From a virus, in the UHGV virus genome UHGV-0192694: 36,426 bases of DNA; one strand, given 5' to 3'. The notes beneath the pieces are model-generated. The model did not search any database. It worked only from the letters and a program-made list of their open reading frames with translations, and was not told the origin of the DNA. This document shows positions 1-9,060 of this stretch, piece by piece. The position numbers and the translations under genes are program-made. The number at the start of each line of letters is the position of its first letter. The first letter of the stretch is position 1.

Positions 1-126
1 ATGAAAAAAATAATTAAACATTTTATGAAACCTGTTGAAATTTTTGAAACATTAGATGATGACATTGGGATGTTTTTAATCATTTCTATTTGCACAGCTC
101 TGATCTTTACTTTCTTTAGTAAATAA
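1..126 (+). CDS. hypothetical small hydrophobic peptide (41 aa)
   Basis: ATG at 1, TAA at 124-126; C-terminal half hydrophobic (FLIISICTALIFTFF); no recognisable family; may be incomplete context at window edge. Confidence 0.2.
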   Translation: MKKIIKHFMKPVEIFETLDDDIGMFLIISICTALIFTFFSK

Positions 127-226
127 AAAATGTGTTAAATAAATTCTCAGATACTTTCCGCAGTATACCAAATTAGGAAGTCAAAAATATCTCAAAAGAA
201 TTGACTTTTCATACAACGTATTTTTA

Positions 227-249
227 TGGATCATACAGGACTCGAACTG
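227..249 (-). other. tRNA 3'-end-like fragment (T-loop plus 3' acceptor strand only)
   Basis: Reverse complement reads CAGTTCGAGTCCTGTATGATCCA, i.e. the GTTCGAGTCC T-loop consensus plus acceptor 3' strand; sequence 5' of it is not tRNA-like, so a remnant (possible old att duplication). Confidence 0.3.
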
Positions 250-422
250 CAGTGCAAAAAAATCAAGCTTTTTTAAGCGGCTTATTTCCTATGCTGAACT
301 GGAGATAAGCCGTTTAATTTTTGCTTAATTCTACTATATGCTATACCAGTAAATATATTCGTGCAAAACCTGAATAAATTGTTTAATAAATTCAAACTAA
401 AATAAAAAACTGAAACAAATTA

Positions 423-1364
423 CTACAAAGAAATAATGTCCTTTACTAATTTTGCAAATTCAATATCCCCATTAAATGGATGAACATATTTGTAGAATTC
501 CCCACCATTTTCTAAAAAATAGTTTCTGTTTTCGTGTTCCAATTCTTCTATTGTTTCTAGACAGTCTACAACAAACCCTGGTGCAACAATTAATATATTT
601 TTAATACCTTTTGATGGTAATTTTTTCAAGGTATCATCAGTTGCTGGTTTTAACCATTCAGATGGCCCAAATTTCGATTGATAGGTTTGATAATAAGGAA
701 TATCTCCTAATTTATCCATTATTAATTTTGTTGTTTTAGTACATTCCTCCGGGTAGTTATCCCCATCTTTTACATAAGACATAGGAATTCCGTGGTATGA
801 AAAAACGATAGCATCTATTGGACTTTCATTCAAAGCTTCATTTATTTTTTTTGAAAAGTAACCTATATACTGTGGATTATTGTAAAATGATCGAATAAAT
901 TTAATATCCACTATCCTATCACTTTTTATAAAATAATTCATAACGGAATCAAACACTGATCCTACCGTTGTCCCAGAGTATTGCGGATACATTGGTATGA
1001 CATTGAGTTCTTCAATCTCTTTTGATAATAATGTATCTAGAGCAGTTTCTATACTCGGTTCACTGTATGACATTCCAATTGTAACTTCCACTTCTGGACA
1101 TATATTTTTCAAATTTTCCATTTGTTTCTCAGTATATTCCAAAAGAGGAAATCCATTTTCAGTACAAATTTTTTGATAGAGTTTTGCTGATTTTTTTGGA
1201 CGTATATTCAAAATAATACCGTTCAAAATCGGTTTCCAAATTATAGGATGTATTTTTATTACTCTTCTATCTGATAAAAAAGTTTTTAAATACTTCCTTA
1301 CTTCCGTCTTGGAAGAATCTTTTGGTGTTCCTAAATTCACTAAGAGAATTCCTGTTCTTTTCAA
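423..1364 (-). CDS. hemH: ferrochelatase
   Basis: 313 aa; Firmicutes-type ferrochelatase features (LVNLGTP N-terminus, conserved GxxSxxxxH region, C-terminal HxxxxxE); family recognised from translated ORF. Confidence 0.8.
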   Translation of the reverse strand: MKRTGILLVNLGTPKDSSKTEVRKYLKTFLSDRRVIKIHPIIWKPILNGIILNIRPKKSAKLYQKICTENGFPLLEYTEKQMENLKNICPEVEVTIGMSYSEPSIETALDTLLSKEIEELNVIPMYPQYSGTTVGSVFDSVMNYFIKSDRIVDIKFIRSFYNNPQYIGYFSKKINEALNESPIDAIVFSYHGIPMSYVKDGDNYPEECTKTTKLIMDKLGDIPYYQTYQSKFGPSEWLKPATDDTLKKLPSKGIKNILIVAPGFVVDCLETIEELEHENRNYFLENGGEFYKYVHPFNGDIEFAKLVKDIISL

Positions 1365-1393
1365 AATAATTCACTACCTGTCTAATTCTATTA

Positions 1394-1467
1394 TCGACCA
1401 TGATGAATTCGAACCATCGACCGAATGGTCATGAGCCTTTTGCTCTAACCAGCTGAGCTAATGGTCC
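1394..1467 (-). tRNA. tRNA-Ile2/Met(CAT)-like gene, slightly degenerate
   Basis: RC folds as GGACCAT-TA-GCTC AGCTGGTTA GAGC-A-AAAGG CTCATGA CCATT-CGGTC-GATGG TTCGAAT TCATC-ATGGTCG-A; anticodon CAT with U33; very close to Bacillus-type tRNA-Ile(LAU) pattern, but G1-G72 and A29-A41 mismatches; no encoded CCA. Confidence 0.5.
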
Positions 1468-1560
1468 AAGTAATAACTAGCTTATTGGGGATAAAATAGT
1501 TCTTACTGGTTATAGCTTAATATATAATAATTTTACTTTACTGATTTTCAATTTTCAACA

Positions 1561-1593
1561 AAAAAACGACCGTCTTATTGAGAAAAGGCGGTC
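1561..1593 (-). terminator. Rho-independent terminator (minus strand)
   Basis: GACCG...CGGTC stem (1568-1593) preceded on plus strand by A6 = U-run after hairpin on minus strand. Confidence 0.45.
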
Positions 1594-1677
1594 TGCGTAA
1601 AAAATAAGAGTTTAAATATGTATCAATATTTTACAATATCTATTTTTTTAGTTCAATATTTTTATGTAAAAAGATGC

Positions 1678-1709
1678 CGCCTCATTGGGGAAAGGCGGCA
1701 AGAGGTAGT
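1678..1709 (-). terminator. Rho-independent terminator (minus strand)
   Basis: GCCGCCT/AGGCGGC 7-bp stem with loop cattggggaa, A-run on plus side; loop and stem related to the 1561-1593 hairpin (CCGCCTTTYCYCAAT...). Confidence 0.5.
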
Positions 1710-1831
1710 AATAAAATGAAAAATAAAATTGTTTGGTAAAGATATTTTACCGCTTTCTTTTTTAAATTTCAAGTTTTCATTTTACAAAACAATTGTATTT
1801 TATTTATAATTCAAATATACAATTATAAATA

Positions 1832-1890
1832 AACACCTACTAAACATACACAACTTGGGGAAGTACTGTGCGTCTTCAGTAGGTGTTTTC
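1832..1890. repeat. structured repeat element copy 1 (AACACCTAC stem, CTTGGGGAAGTAC loop core)
   Basis: 10-bp outer stem AACACCTACT/AGTAGGTGTT, A-run before and T-run after (bidirectional terminator-like); paralogous to 3241-3300. Confidence 0.6.
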
Positions 1891-1922
1891 TATATACACA
1901 TGATAATTTCGTTTTAACTACT

Positions 1923-1980
1923 ATGATAAATTCGAACAATCAACCGAATGATTACGAACCATTTGCTCTAACTAGCTAAC
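1923..1980 (-). pseudogene. 5'-truncated degenerate copy of the tRNA(CAT)-like gene
   Basis: Aligns to 1394-1467 from the 3' acceptor through T-arm, variable, anticodon and D-arm (about 70 percent identity) but lacks the 5' acceptor strand and has a D-loop deletion. Confidence 0.4.
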
Positions 1981-2079
1981 AATTTTTAAATAAAAATAAC
2001 AGATCCTTTAACACGTAAAGAATCTGTTTAGAAAAAAGAGCATGCCATAAATCCTTGTCTTAAGTTTAACACAAAGACC

Positions 2080-2352
2080 CTAATCTAAACTAGGGTCTTT
2101 TAATTGATACATCGATAATAGTTTCTCATAACTAATTACTGTTTTTTCTTTTTTGTTTTTTGGCTTAGAACTGTCTATAATGTTAATTACTGCTGAATTA
2201 ATTAATAAAACAGCTATTATACCACTTCTAATTTCTTTTCTGTAAATAAATGATACTTTCTGTCCTTCTTCAAACTGTTTACTTTTATCTGATGGTATAA
2301 CTTCTTTCCATTTTCCAAATCCCATATGATGATCTCCTTTCGTTTTCAACAT
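2080..2352 (-). CDS. hypothetical small membrane protein (90 aa)
   Basis: ORF with one predicted TM segment (IIAVLLINSAVINII); no family recognised. Confidence 0.35.
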   Translation of the reverse strand: MLKTKGDHHMGFGKWKEVIPSDKSKQFEEGQKVSFIYRKEIRSGIIAVLLINSAVINIIDSSKPKNKKEKTVISYEKLLSMYQLKDPSLD

Positions 2353-2423
2353 TCAGAGCCTATCAATTTAATCTTATAAAAAAAACGTTCCAATTAAATT
2401 GGAACGTTTTACCAAAACCTTTA

Positions 2424-2624
2424 TTATGCTTTAAAAATATTAACAGCTTGCATACCGCGCTGTCCTTCTTCAATATCAAAAGTTACTGCTTGTCCTTCTT
2501 CTAATGACTTAAAACCATCCGCTTGAATTGCTGAAAAATGAGCAAATACATCATTGCCATCTTCACCTGTAATAAATCCAAAACCTTTGTCTGAGTTAAA
2601 CCACTTTACTGTACCGTTGTTCAT
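2424..2624 (-). CDS. csp: cold-shock protein (CspA family)
   Basis: [18 protein letters not shown]...VFAHFSAIQ canonical cold-shock domain with RNP1/RNP2 motifs; start moved to second ATG (2624) because AAGGAGG SD lies inside the first ATG codons. Confidence 0.9.
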   Translation of the reverse strand: MNNGTVKWFNSDKGFGFITGEDGNDVFAHFSAIQADGFKSLEEGQAVTFDIEEGQRGMQAVNIFKA

Positions 2625-2867
2625 ATATGTTTCCTCCTTGTGCATACCCTGTATGCGATTTGTTGCAAAAAATGTTTGATAAGCAAAAGGAGAATTATAG
2701 TCTTATGTATAGCGCTCTCGTTACATGTCAAAATTGATTACCTATTTATAATACCATACTACTTCATATAAAGCAAATGAGTGTATTAAAACATGATGGA
2801 TCAATACTATAAAAAGGTTATAATCCATCTACTCTAGACATGAAATATAAATATAAATATACGATAC

Positions 2868-2901
2868 AAAAAACCCCCTTGCACAATTATGATACAAGGG
2901 G
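2868..2901 (-). terminator. Rho-independent terminator (minus strand)
   Basis: CCCCTTG/CAAGGGG 7-bp GC-rich stem, A6 on plus side (U-run on minus). Confidence 0.5.
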
Positions 2902-3240
2902 CCTGTAGTCTTTTACTACAAGTAATTGCTTTATTATTCTAGCAAATTAGTTTTGTTAATTCAACCAATAAAATTATTCACAACTTATTAACATTATTAA
3001 CAAAATTGTGTTTGGCTTTAAATTAGAACTGGGATATTAAGGAATATCGCTAAAGTAGCTGTACTACAATTTTCCACTTATTTAAAAGGAAACTGTTCTC
3101 AAGTAATAGTAGCTTAGAAATAGGCTAATTCTATTTTTTATTAGGATAAATTCCGTACACATTATCCTTTTCATAAATTCAAGCTTAACCTTGTTATAAA
3201 AAAAGAAAATCGGTTATGATTAACAAGTAAAATCTAAAAA

Positions 3241-3300
3241 AACACCTACCGCACAGACAACTGCTTGGGGAAGTACGTGCATCTGTGGTAGGTGTTTTCT
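3241..3300. repeat. structured repeat element copy 2 (AACACCTAC stem, CTTGGGGAAGTAC loop core); bidirectional terminator-like
   Basis: AACACCTACC...GGTAGGTGTT outer stem with nested CACAGA/TCTGTG stem; A7 before and T4 after; about 180 bp downstream of endolysin stop. Confidence 0.6.
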
Positions 3301-3476
3301 TATGTAATACAATAGCTTTAAACTAAGCTACGTATGAGTAAAATTAAAATGCTCCTACCTAAGGACTTGGCATAAGATAGGAGCACCTCTTTTCTAAATC
3401 GAAAAGAGTCATAATATGAAAAGGTGATTCTATTGTAAATGAGGTACCTCTAAATTTCAACCGATTTTGCAAAAAA

Positions 3477-4736
3477 TCAATAGCTCAATGTTTGACCAGG
3501 ATAAATCAAGTTAGGATTTGCTAATCCGTTTAATGCAGCTAAGGTTTGATAAGTCGTACCAAGCTTAGCTGCAATGCTTGATAAATTATCACCGTATTGA
3601 ACTGTGTAAATGTTGCTTACTACTGATCCATTTACTTTCAAAATTTGGCCAGGGTAAATAAGATTTGGATTTGTCAATCCATTTAATGCAGCCAATGTTT
3701 GATAGTTTGTTCCGTATTGATAAGCAATGCTTGATAATGTTTCGCCGTATTGTACCACATGAGTCGCTTCTGGTAGTTTATCAGGAACAGTTGCCGCATC
3801 TGGCAATAATTCAATATCGCCTTTGCTGATCCATGACAAGATACCTTCAAGCAATACTCTGCTCTCAGTTACTTCTTGTACTATATAGCTGTTTCCTTTT
3901 ACCCAATCTGGAATAGCTTCGCCTGTTGCCCAAGCATCTACATTAAATTTCACTTTGACGGTATCGCCAACTTTAACATCAGAATTAGGTATTTTTTCAA
4001 TTTCTTCGCCTGCATCTGTTGCTGGCGTGTCCGTTTCTGGTTTATTGGTATCTGTATAACCACTATCCGTAATTCCTATTAAATCTACGTTACCATCTAA
4101 CCCACCTGCAATATAAGTGGATGTAAATTGCCAAATACCAATGCCCTCCATACTTGGGAAATAAGCATACAATGGTTCTGGCGTTACTTCATAGCTAGGA
4201 TAAGCAGCAATCCATAAAGAGTTAGGGAACTCTTTAATAATTCGCTGATAGTCCACATACTGCAACGTAAAAGGCTTGTATGAATAATACATTGGTGTAT
4301 ACCCTGCTTGTTTAATACGGCGCATACCGTACAGGATTGTTTCCGTATTTGCGTTTACGTCAGAACTAGCACCATGCTCAAAGTCTAAAGCAACGATGGA
4401 ATTTTTAGGCGTTTGAATACGTGGTAAGAAGTAATCCATTGTTGTTTTTGCAATATCCATGTTTCCCCAAGTGTCATACCAAATATAGGTATGCGCACGT
4501 TTACCTTGTGCAATAGCACTCGCTACTTGTGATTTATATGTGTATTGTTCATAAATACCGCTAGCATTGTAGCCACCAATCTGGGCAATAGCGAATTTAT
4601 CATGTGCATAGCCAAAACGGCCTTGTTCGCCTTGATAAATCGCCCAGTCAACGCCTTGATCACCTTTTGCAGCGAATACATTTAAAGGAGCAACTGCTAC
4701 CAACGCTACAATAATCAACGTTACAATTTTTTTCAT
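3477..4736 (-). CDS. endolysin: Sec signal peptide + GH25 muramidase + 2x LysM
   Basis: N-terminus [25 protein letters not shown] is a typical signal peptide followed directly by GH25 DxxxxQG motif (GVDWAIYQG); two C-terminal LysM repeats ([17 protein letters not shown]..., [16 protein letters not shown]...). Confidence 0.85.
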   Translation of the reverse strand: MKKIVTLIIVALVAVAPLNVFAAKGDQGVDWAIYQGEQGRFGYAHDKFAIAQIGGYNASGIYEQYTYKSQVASAIAQGKRAHTYIWYDTWGNMDIAKTTMDYFLPRIQTPKNSIVALDFEHGASSDVNANTETILYGMRRIKQAGYTPMYYSYKPFTLQYVDYQRIIKEFPNSLWIAAYPSYEVTPEPLYAYFPSMEGIGIWQFTSTYIAGGLDGNVDLIGITDSGYTDTNKPETDTPATDAGEEIEKIPNSDVKVGDTVKVKFNVDAWATGEAIPDWVKGNSYIVQEVTESRVLLEGILSWISKGDIELLPDAATVPDKLPEATHVVQYGETLSSIAYQYGTNYQTLAALNGLTNPNLIYPGQILKVNGSVVSNIYTVQYGDNLSSIAAKLGTTYQTLAALNGLANPNLIYPGQTLSY

Positions 4737-4748
4737 AAAGACACCTTC

Positions 4749-5129
4749 CTATTTTTTATTTTTTAAATTTTTTATGAAATCTTCAAATAGCTCCGTAACT
4801 ACTCCCATCTTCTGATAGTTCTCAAATATCGATTTAATTTCCATCATCAGATAGCCAACATACAGAACATATAATAGCCCCACACCAGCGCCACCAGGTA
4901 CTAACGGTGCTAAGGGAATGAAAAAAAGCAGCAAGACAATACTTGCTACTTTCCTTAATATTCCGTTGATCCCTATTTTACTTTTAAACTCAATTTCTGG
5001 ATTTATCTTGGCTGCGATAGTGCCGCTAATAAAATCAATAGTCATTGCAATACAAATCAACATTAAAACATATACTGCTTTATAATCTGGGTCTGCTACA
5101 AAACGCTCCAAAAAATCAAATAACGCCAA
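4749..5129 (-). CDS. holin (Hol44/LL-H-like, 3 TM)
   Basis: 126 aa, three hydrophobic segments, charged C-terminus, immediately upstream of endolysin. Confidence 0.65.
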   Translation of the reverse strand: MALFDFLERFVADPDYKAVYVLMLICIAMTIDFISGTIAAKINPEIEFKSKIGINGILRKVASIVLLLFFIPLAPLVPGGAGVGLLYVLYVGYLMMEIKSIFENYQKMGVVTELFEDFIKNLKNKK

Positions 5130-5139
5130 ACCTACTTAC

Positions 5140-5262
5140 CTACTTTCCGACAATTTCTTTCGCTTCTTTTTCTGTAATGCAAAGTGGGACAAACTCCATT
5201 ACTTGTTCATCTGTAAAACAGCCCCAGTCATACATCATTTTAATGTCATCAAATGTAAACAT
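5140..5262 (-). CDS. XkdX-like small protein (40 aa), not in ORF track
   Basis: MFTFDDIKMMYDWGCFTDEQVMEFVPLCITEKEAKEIVGK; matches the XkdX-family pattern (W-G-x-T-x-E...I-T-x-EE) commonly found just before holin genes in Firmicutes phages. Confidence 0.5.
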   Translation of the reverse strand: MFTFDDIKMMYDWGCFTDEQVMEFVPLCITEKEAKEIVGK

Positions 5263-5263
5263 T

Positions 5264-5659
5264 TTATTCCACTCCTTCTGCTAATTTTTCGTTAATTTCT
5301 TTTACCTGATTGGTTAATTGATTAATCGCAAGCATTGATTTTGCACTAATTTGCGCAAAATTATCTGCTTTTTTCGTTACTTCTGAAAGCTCTTTTTTTA
5401 AATTCACGTCATTAACCATGAGTTTTGAATTCAATTGTTTTAATTCCGCATTTTCGGCTTGTAATACCTCAATGTCGGTTGGTGGTGTTGGCTCTGGTTG
5501 TGGTGCATTTTCTGGATCATGAATCAATTGTGCGCCATCATAACGCCAATTCATAAAATCAAACGGTTCTTTTTTCACTTCAAGCTCAACATTATCTGGT
5601 TGTTCCATTGTAGAATAACCTTCTAAATAGCCAATTCTATTTTCAATCCAAATTTTCAT
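5264..5659 (-). CDS. hypothetical phage protein (XkdW-position, coiled-coil C-terminus)
   Basis: 131 aa between baseplate genes and XkdX/holin. Confidence 0.4.
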   Translation of the reverse strand: MKIWIENRIGYLEGYSTMEQPDNVELEVKKEPFDFMNWRYDGAQLIHDPENAPQPEPTPPTDIEVLQAENAELKQLNSKLMVNDVNLKKELSEVTKKADNFAQISAKSMLAINQLTNQVKEINEKLAEGVE

Positions 5660-5677
5660 AGCTAACTTTCTCCTTTC

Positions 5678-6130
5678 TTAAATTGCATACACCCGTGTCA
5701 ATACAAAAGTTTTTGAAGCAGTATTATTATTTTTATGGCCTAAAATTTGCGTATTGCTTATATAAATATATTTGTTGTATTTTGCTCCATTCAATGTTTC
5801 TAAATGATGAACAACCGCACGACCTCCAAATTCCACTATATGCGTTTTTGGAACAAATACATAGTTCAAATCCCAATTGTCTCCTAGGCTTGTACTTGTG
5901 TTATATGGTTGATATAAAAATAACCAGCCAGAAAGACATTGATCCAATGGTAAACTCGGATTAATTGATTGATTTTCCCCCATATACCATGCTCCTGACC
6001 AAACTTTTTTACCTACATTTAAAATATTTGTTTCAGATAACTTATTTAGTAACTTTTCAAGACTATCAAAATTTTCTTCAATAGCTTCTGCTCCGTTCTC
6101 CATCCCTCGATAAATTCTGGTTAATTCCAT
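5678..6130 (-). CDS. receptor-binding protein (BppL-like lower baseplate protein)
   Basis: N-terminus LTRIYRGMENGAEAIEENFDSLEKLL resembles the conserved N-terminal shoulder segment of lactococcal P335-group RBPs (recalled TP901-1/Tuc2009 BppL N-terminus KKVYRGMKNGAETINDDLEAIN); last tail gene before lysis module. Confidence 0.6.
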   Translation of the reverse strand: MELTRIYRGMENGAEAIEENFDSLEKLLNKLSETNILNVGKKVWSGAWYMGENQSINPSLPLDQCLSGWLFLYQPYNTSTSLGDNWDLNYVFVPKTHIVEFGGRAVVHHLETLNGAKYNKYIYISNTQILGHKNNNTASKTFVLTRVYAI

Positions 6131-6146
6131 ATTCTCAACATCCTTT

Positions 6147-6887
6147 CTATATAATTAAATCAAACACTATGGATCGACTATTTTTTTCATCTATAAGTAA
6201 ATATTTATATTCATTAATTTTTACTGGTAAAAATTCCGTTGTATAATCCAAAGGAATAGATACAATGCACTCTGAAGAATTAACATGTCTTACAGTGCTT
6301 TGAATTGATTGAGAAGCACTACCGCCAAATAACCCTGTTGGTTCTGTACCTAAAGGCAGTACACCTATACCATGTGTCCAAGTACGAACATTAACGACTG
6401 GTTGAGCTCCTAAATTGTGAACAATAGTTACATCAAAACCAACTGGAATTACAGAAGCAATAATATTTTCAAAATATTCTAGCCGTTCATCCAACGTTTT
6501 AAAATTCCCCAAACGTTCACTACTTCGAGCATCGATAACTTCGCTATCTGTTGTAGCATTTGCGATTACATCTTTAAAACGTTCCTCTAAATTGGTTTGA
6601 CGTTGTTCTACTTTAGATTGGCGTTTTTCTGTATTTTCAGAAATAGCCTTTATTTTATTAAATAAAACACTGGTATACTCCATCATACGAGCTAAAGATT
6701 CTCGAACATGTCGTCGATACATCTTTGTTCGAATCCACAAAGCGAACGTTTGAGAAATAGGATCAATCACACCGTTTTTTATTTCATCTTGCACCTCATC
6801 GACATCGGTCGGGTCTTGATAATCAACTGTTGTATTTGGTTCATTTGTTGGTCGAGTATCCTTAAATTCTTGTGCCAACCGTCTCAC
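6147..6887 (-). CDS. baseplate protein (BppU-like, upper baseplate)
   Basis: 246 aa, N-terminal coiled-coil region, positioned between Tal and RBP. Confidence 0.45.
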   Translation of the reverse strand: MRRLAQEFKDTRPTNEPNTTVDYQDPTDVDEVQDEIKNGVIDPISQTFALWIRTKMYRRHVRESLARMMEYTSVLFNKIKAISENTEKRQSKVEQRQTNLEERFKDVIANATTDSEVIDARSSERLGNFKTLDERLEYFENIIASVIPVGFDVTIVHNLGAQPVVNVRTWTHGIGVLPLGTEPTGLFGGSASQSIQSTVRHVNSSECIVSIPLDYTTEFLPVKINEYKYLLIDEKNSRSIVFDLII

Positions 6888-6892
6888 CTCTC

Positions 6893-8338
6893 TTATTTTT
6901 CTAATTTCTCTACGCGCTTAATTAAATCGTCTAACGCCTTTTTCATCTCAGTTTGAGCAGTACCTACAGATTCGACTGTATTTGTTAAATCACTTGCTAA
7001 TTGTTTAAAGGCTTCCGTCGATTCTGTCACGGTTGTTGATAATTCACTGGTTAAGTCTTCCAAAGAACTAACTTTACTACTTTGAACAGATAAATCATTG
7101 TCAAATTCTTCCTGTCTTTTTATCAACTCTGATATGTTTTGAACTCCTGCCGTCGCAAATTTTTTTACGTTTACTAAATTGGATTGAATAGCTTTTATTT
7201 CGTTTTGATAATCGGTCAGTTTTTTCTTTTTCGAACCAATAGTCAAAGTAACCTTTTGCGGTTCTAAAATACTAAATTTTTTCTCAATCACTTGTAATCG
7301 TTCTACAGCATAAATAAATTGATTATCTACTTTATAACTGTTTCCTAAAGTGATTAATTCATACCGTTTATCCAATAGCCCTAACTCAATGGCTTCAACT
7401 GTCCAAGTTACCAGCATCAAGCTTTGGTCTTTTAGCCATTGCAACCCTCGACGTTTTAAAATTGATGGGTCTTTGACATTTGAAAATTCTACAATGCCCG
7501 TGTTTAATCCAAATTTTTTGATTAACGCTTCATCATCAAGGTAATTCTTACCGCCATTTACTTTTTCGATGGTGTATTTAGGTCGTGAAAAATCTGTTCC
7601 CACTTCAATATCAGTATTTGACGTATCTTCAATATCTTGACCGACGGGCACAATCCTTGTAAACAATTCAGAAATATCAATATCTCGAGTAGCACTTTTT
7701 AGATTTTTGGTTAACTGTAAAGGAGTTTCACTGTTCACACCATAATTAGATAGATAATCTAAATAATTTATATTTCCAACGCGTCGAAGTGTTAACGTAC
7801 CGCCCAGCCTATCCAACAATTTTTCTTTAATGGTATCAGCTGTACTTTGATAGCCTAATCCTCTTAGCAAGTCCCCATTATCTACAACATTCACTTCACC
7901 AAGCCGAAACTGCTTATGCGCTTCAACTTGTTTATTGTGTGCATCGAGTATTTTTTGTAAATAAGCAGATACAGTCATCCGTGTTGGTTTCATATAGGTT
8001 TGAACAGAATCATATAAAAAAGCTTTCTCATCCTCCGCTAAAAGAGTTTGAGAAAAGCTTCCTGATGCTTCCATTTTATTCGTGATTTTAGCAACTCTAC
8101 CATAAAAAATTTCTTTATTTCTTGTAACATCCAGAATCTGGATAAAGTGAATAATCGGCTCAATCTTTTGATAGTATTTATTGTTAATATTAAAGGTAAA
8201 TTCAAAAGTAGAAATTCCTAATCCGTTAAGCGATAAATATACTTCACTATCTTTGATTTTCTCACCATAGCTATATGGCTCATGAACAATCTTTGGATTC
8301 TTTCTGTTCGGATTATCAAACAATAATACTCGATACAT
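6893..8338 (-). CDS. tail-associated protein Tal (prophage tail endopeptidase-family N-terminal domain)
   Basis: 481 aa directly after Dit; no C-terminal lysin domain evident. Confidence 0.6.
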   Translation of the reverse strand: MYRVLLFDNPNRKNPKIVHEPYSYGEKIKDSEVYLSLNGLGISTFEFTFNINNKYYQKIEPIIHFIQILDVTRNKEIFYGRVAKITNKMEASGSFSQTLLAEDEKAFLYDSVQTYMKPTRMTVSAYLQKILDAHNKQVEAHKQFRLGEVNVVDNGDLLRGLGYQSTADTIKEKLLDRLGGTLTLRRVGNINYLDYLSNYGVNSETPLQLTKNLKSATRDIDISELFTRIVPVGQDIEDTSNTDIEVGTDFSRPKYTIEKVNGGKNYLDDEALIKKFGLNTGIVEFSNVKDPSILKRRGLQWLKDQSLMLVTWTVEAIELGLLDKRYELITLGNSYKVDNQFIYAVERLQVIEKKFSILEPQKVTLTIGSKKKKLTDYQNEIKAIQSNLVNVKKFATAGVQNISELIKRQEEFDNDLSVQSSKVSSLEDLTSELSTTVTESTEAFKQLASDLTNTVESVGTAQTEMKKALDDLIKRVEKLEK

Positions 8339-9060
8339 TAGACCATCACCTCACTAGACATAAAGAAAGAGATATGACCTTCGCCATAAATAGTTAAGTG
8401 GTTGGTCCCTCTTTTTAATTTAAAGAAATAATCTTGCGATTCGCCTTTCGGAACTTTTATTGTTGTTCCGTCATCAGTAGTTAATTGCATTGTAGACGTT
8501 GCCTTTATTGTTGGACTAGAAGCATTCGCTCCCATATTGATAAGAAAAATTTCTCTTTTTCCGTGAATATAGTAGCCTGTCCAATTGTCGGCGCTATCGT
8601 CTGTGAAATAGTCCTCGTCAAAGACATCGGAATAAGAAATATTTTCCCTTAAAGCAAAAGGATACACGTCAAATTCTACGGTTAACGTTAATGAATTACT
8701 TGACGAGTCATCTTCTGCTTTCACACTTTTGCATTTTCCATACCAGCGAAGCCCTGAACGTAACCAAGAATCATCAATGTAATCAATTCCATCCATCATC
8801 AACTCTTCTTTTACTTTCGCCTCTAATGCCTTTCGTTCTTCGTATGGCGTATTAGGTCGCCAAAAAGTAACAGTGACAATGCGATTACTAAAAATTCGTT
8901 CTCCTGTAAGCATGGAAAAATCATACTGACCTTGCATGAAAGGGATCTGTTCAATAATTTCCACTTCTTCCGCTGAAGGAGCATCGTGTTCAATAATGTA
9001 GAAACCATGTTCTTTGCTATTAAAACGACCTTTGGCCATATATTCTACAATTTCAATCAA
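8338..9060 (-). CDS. distal tail protein (Dit)
   Basis: 240 aa immediately downstream of TMP, siphovirus tail-component family. Confidence 0.65.
   Translation of the reverse strand: MIEIVEYMAKGRFNSKEHGFYIIEHDAPSAEEVEIIEQIPFMQGQYDFSMLTGERIFSNRIVTVTFWRPNTPYEERKALEAKVKEELMMDGIDYIDDSWLRSGLRWYGKCKSVKAEDDSSSNSLTLTVEFDVYPFALRENISYSDVFDEDYFTDDSADNWTGYYIHGKREIFLINMGANASSPTIKATSTMQLTTDDGTTIKVPKGESQDYFFKLKRGTNHLTIYGEGHISFFMSSEVMV

Noticed and set aside
1394-1467. Calling the tRNA(CAT)-like gene the attB of the present prophage
   Set aside because: It lies 1.2-2 kb away from the prophage end, with csp and another gene in between. The integrase-side att is outside the window, so no identical core could be verified.
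2625-2645. Upstream ATG extension of the cold-shock gene (MHKEETY...)
   Set aside because: The AAGGAGG Shine-Dalgarno lies inside these codons. The conserved CspA N-terminus begins at the second ATG (2624).
3876-4082. 68-aa plus-strand ORF inside endolysin gene
   Set aside because: Antisense shadow ORF, Cys/Phe-rich nonsense composition.
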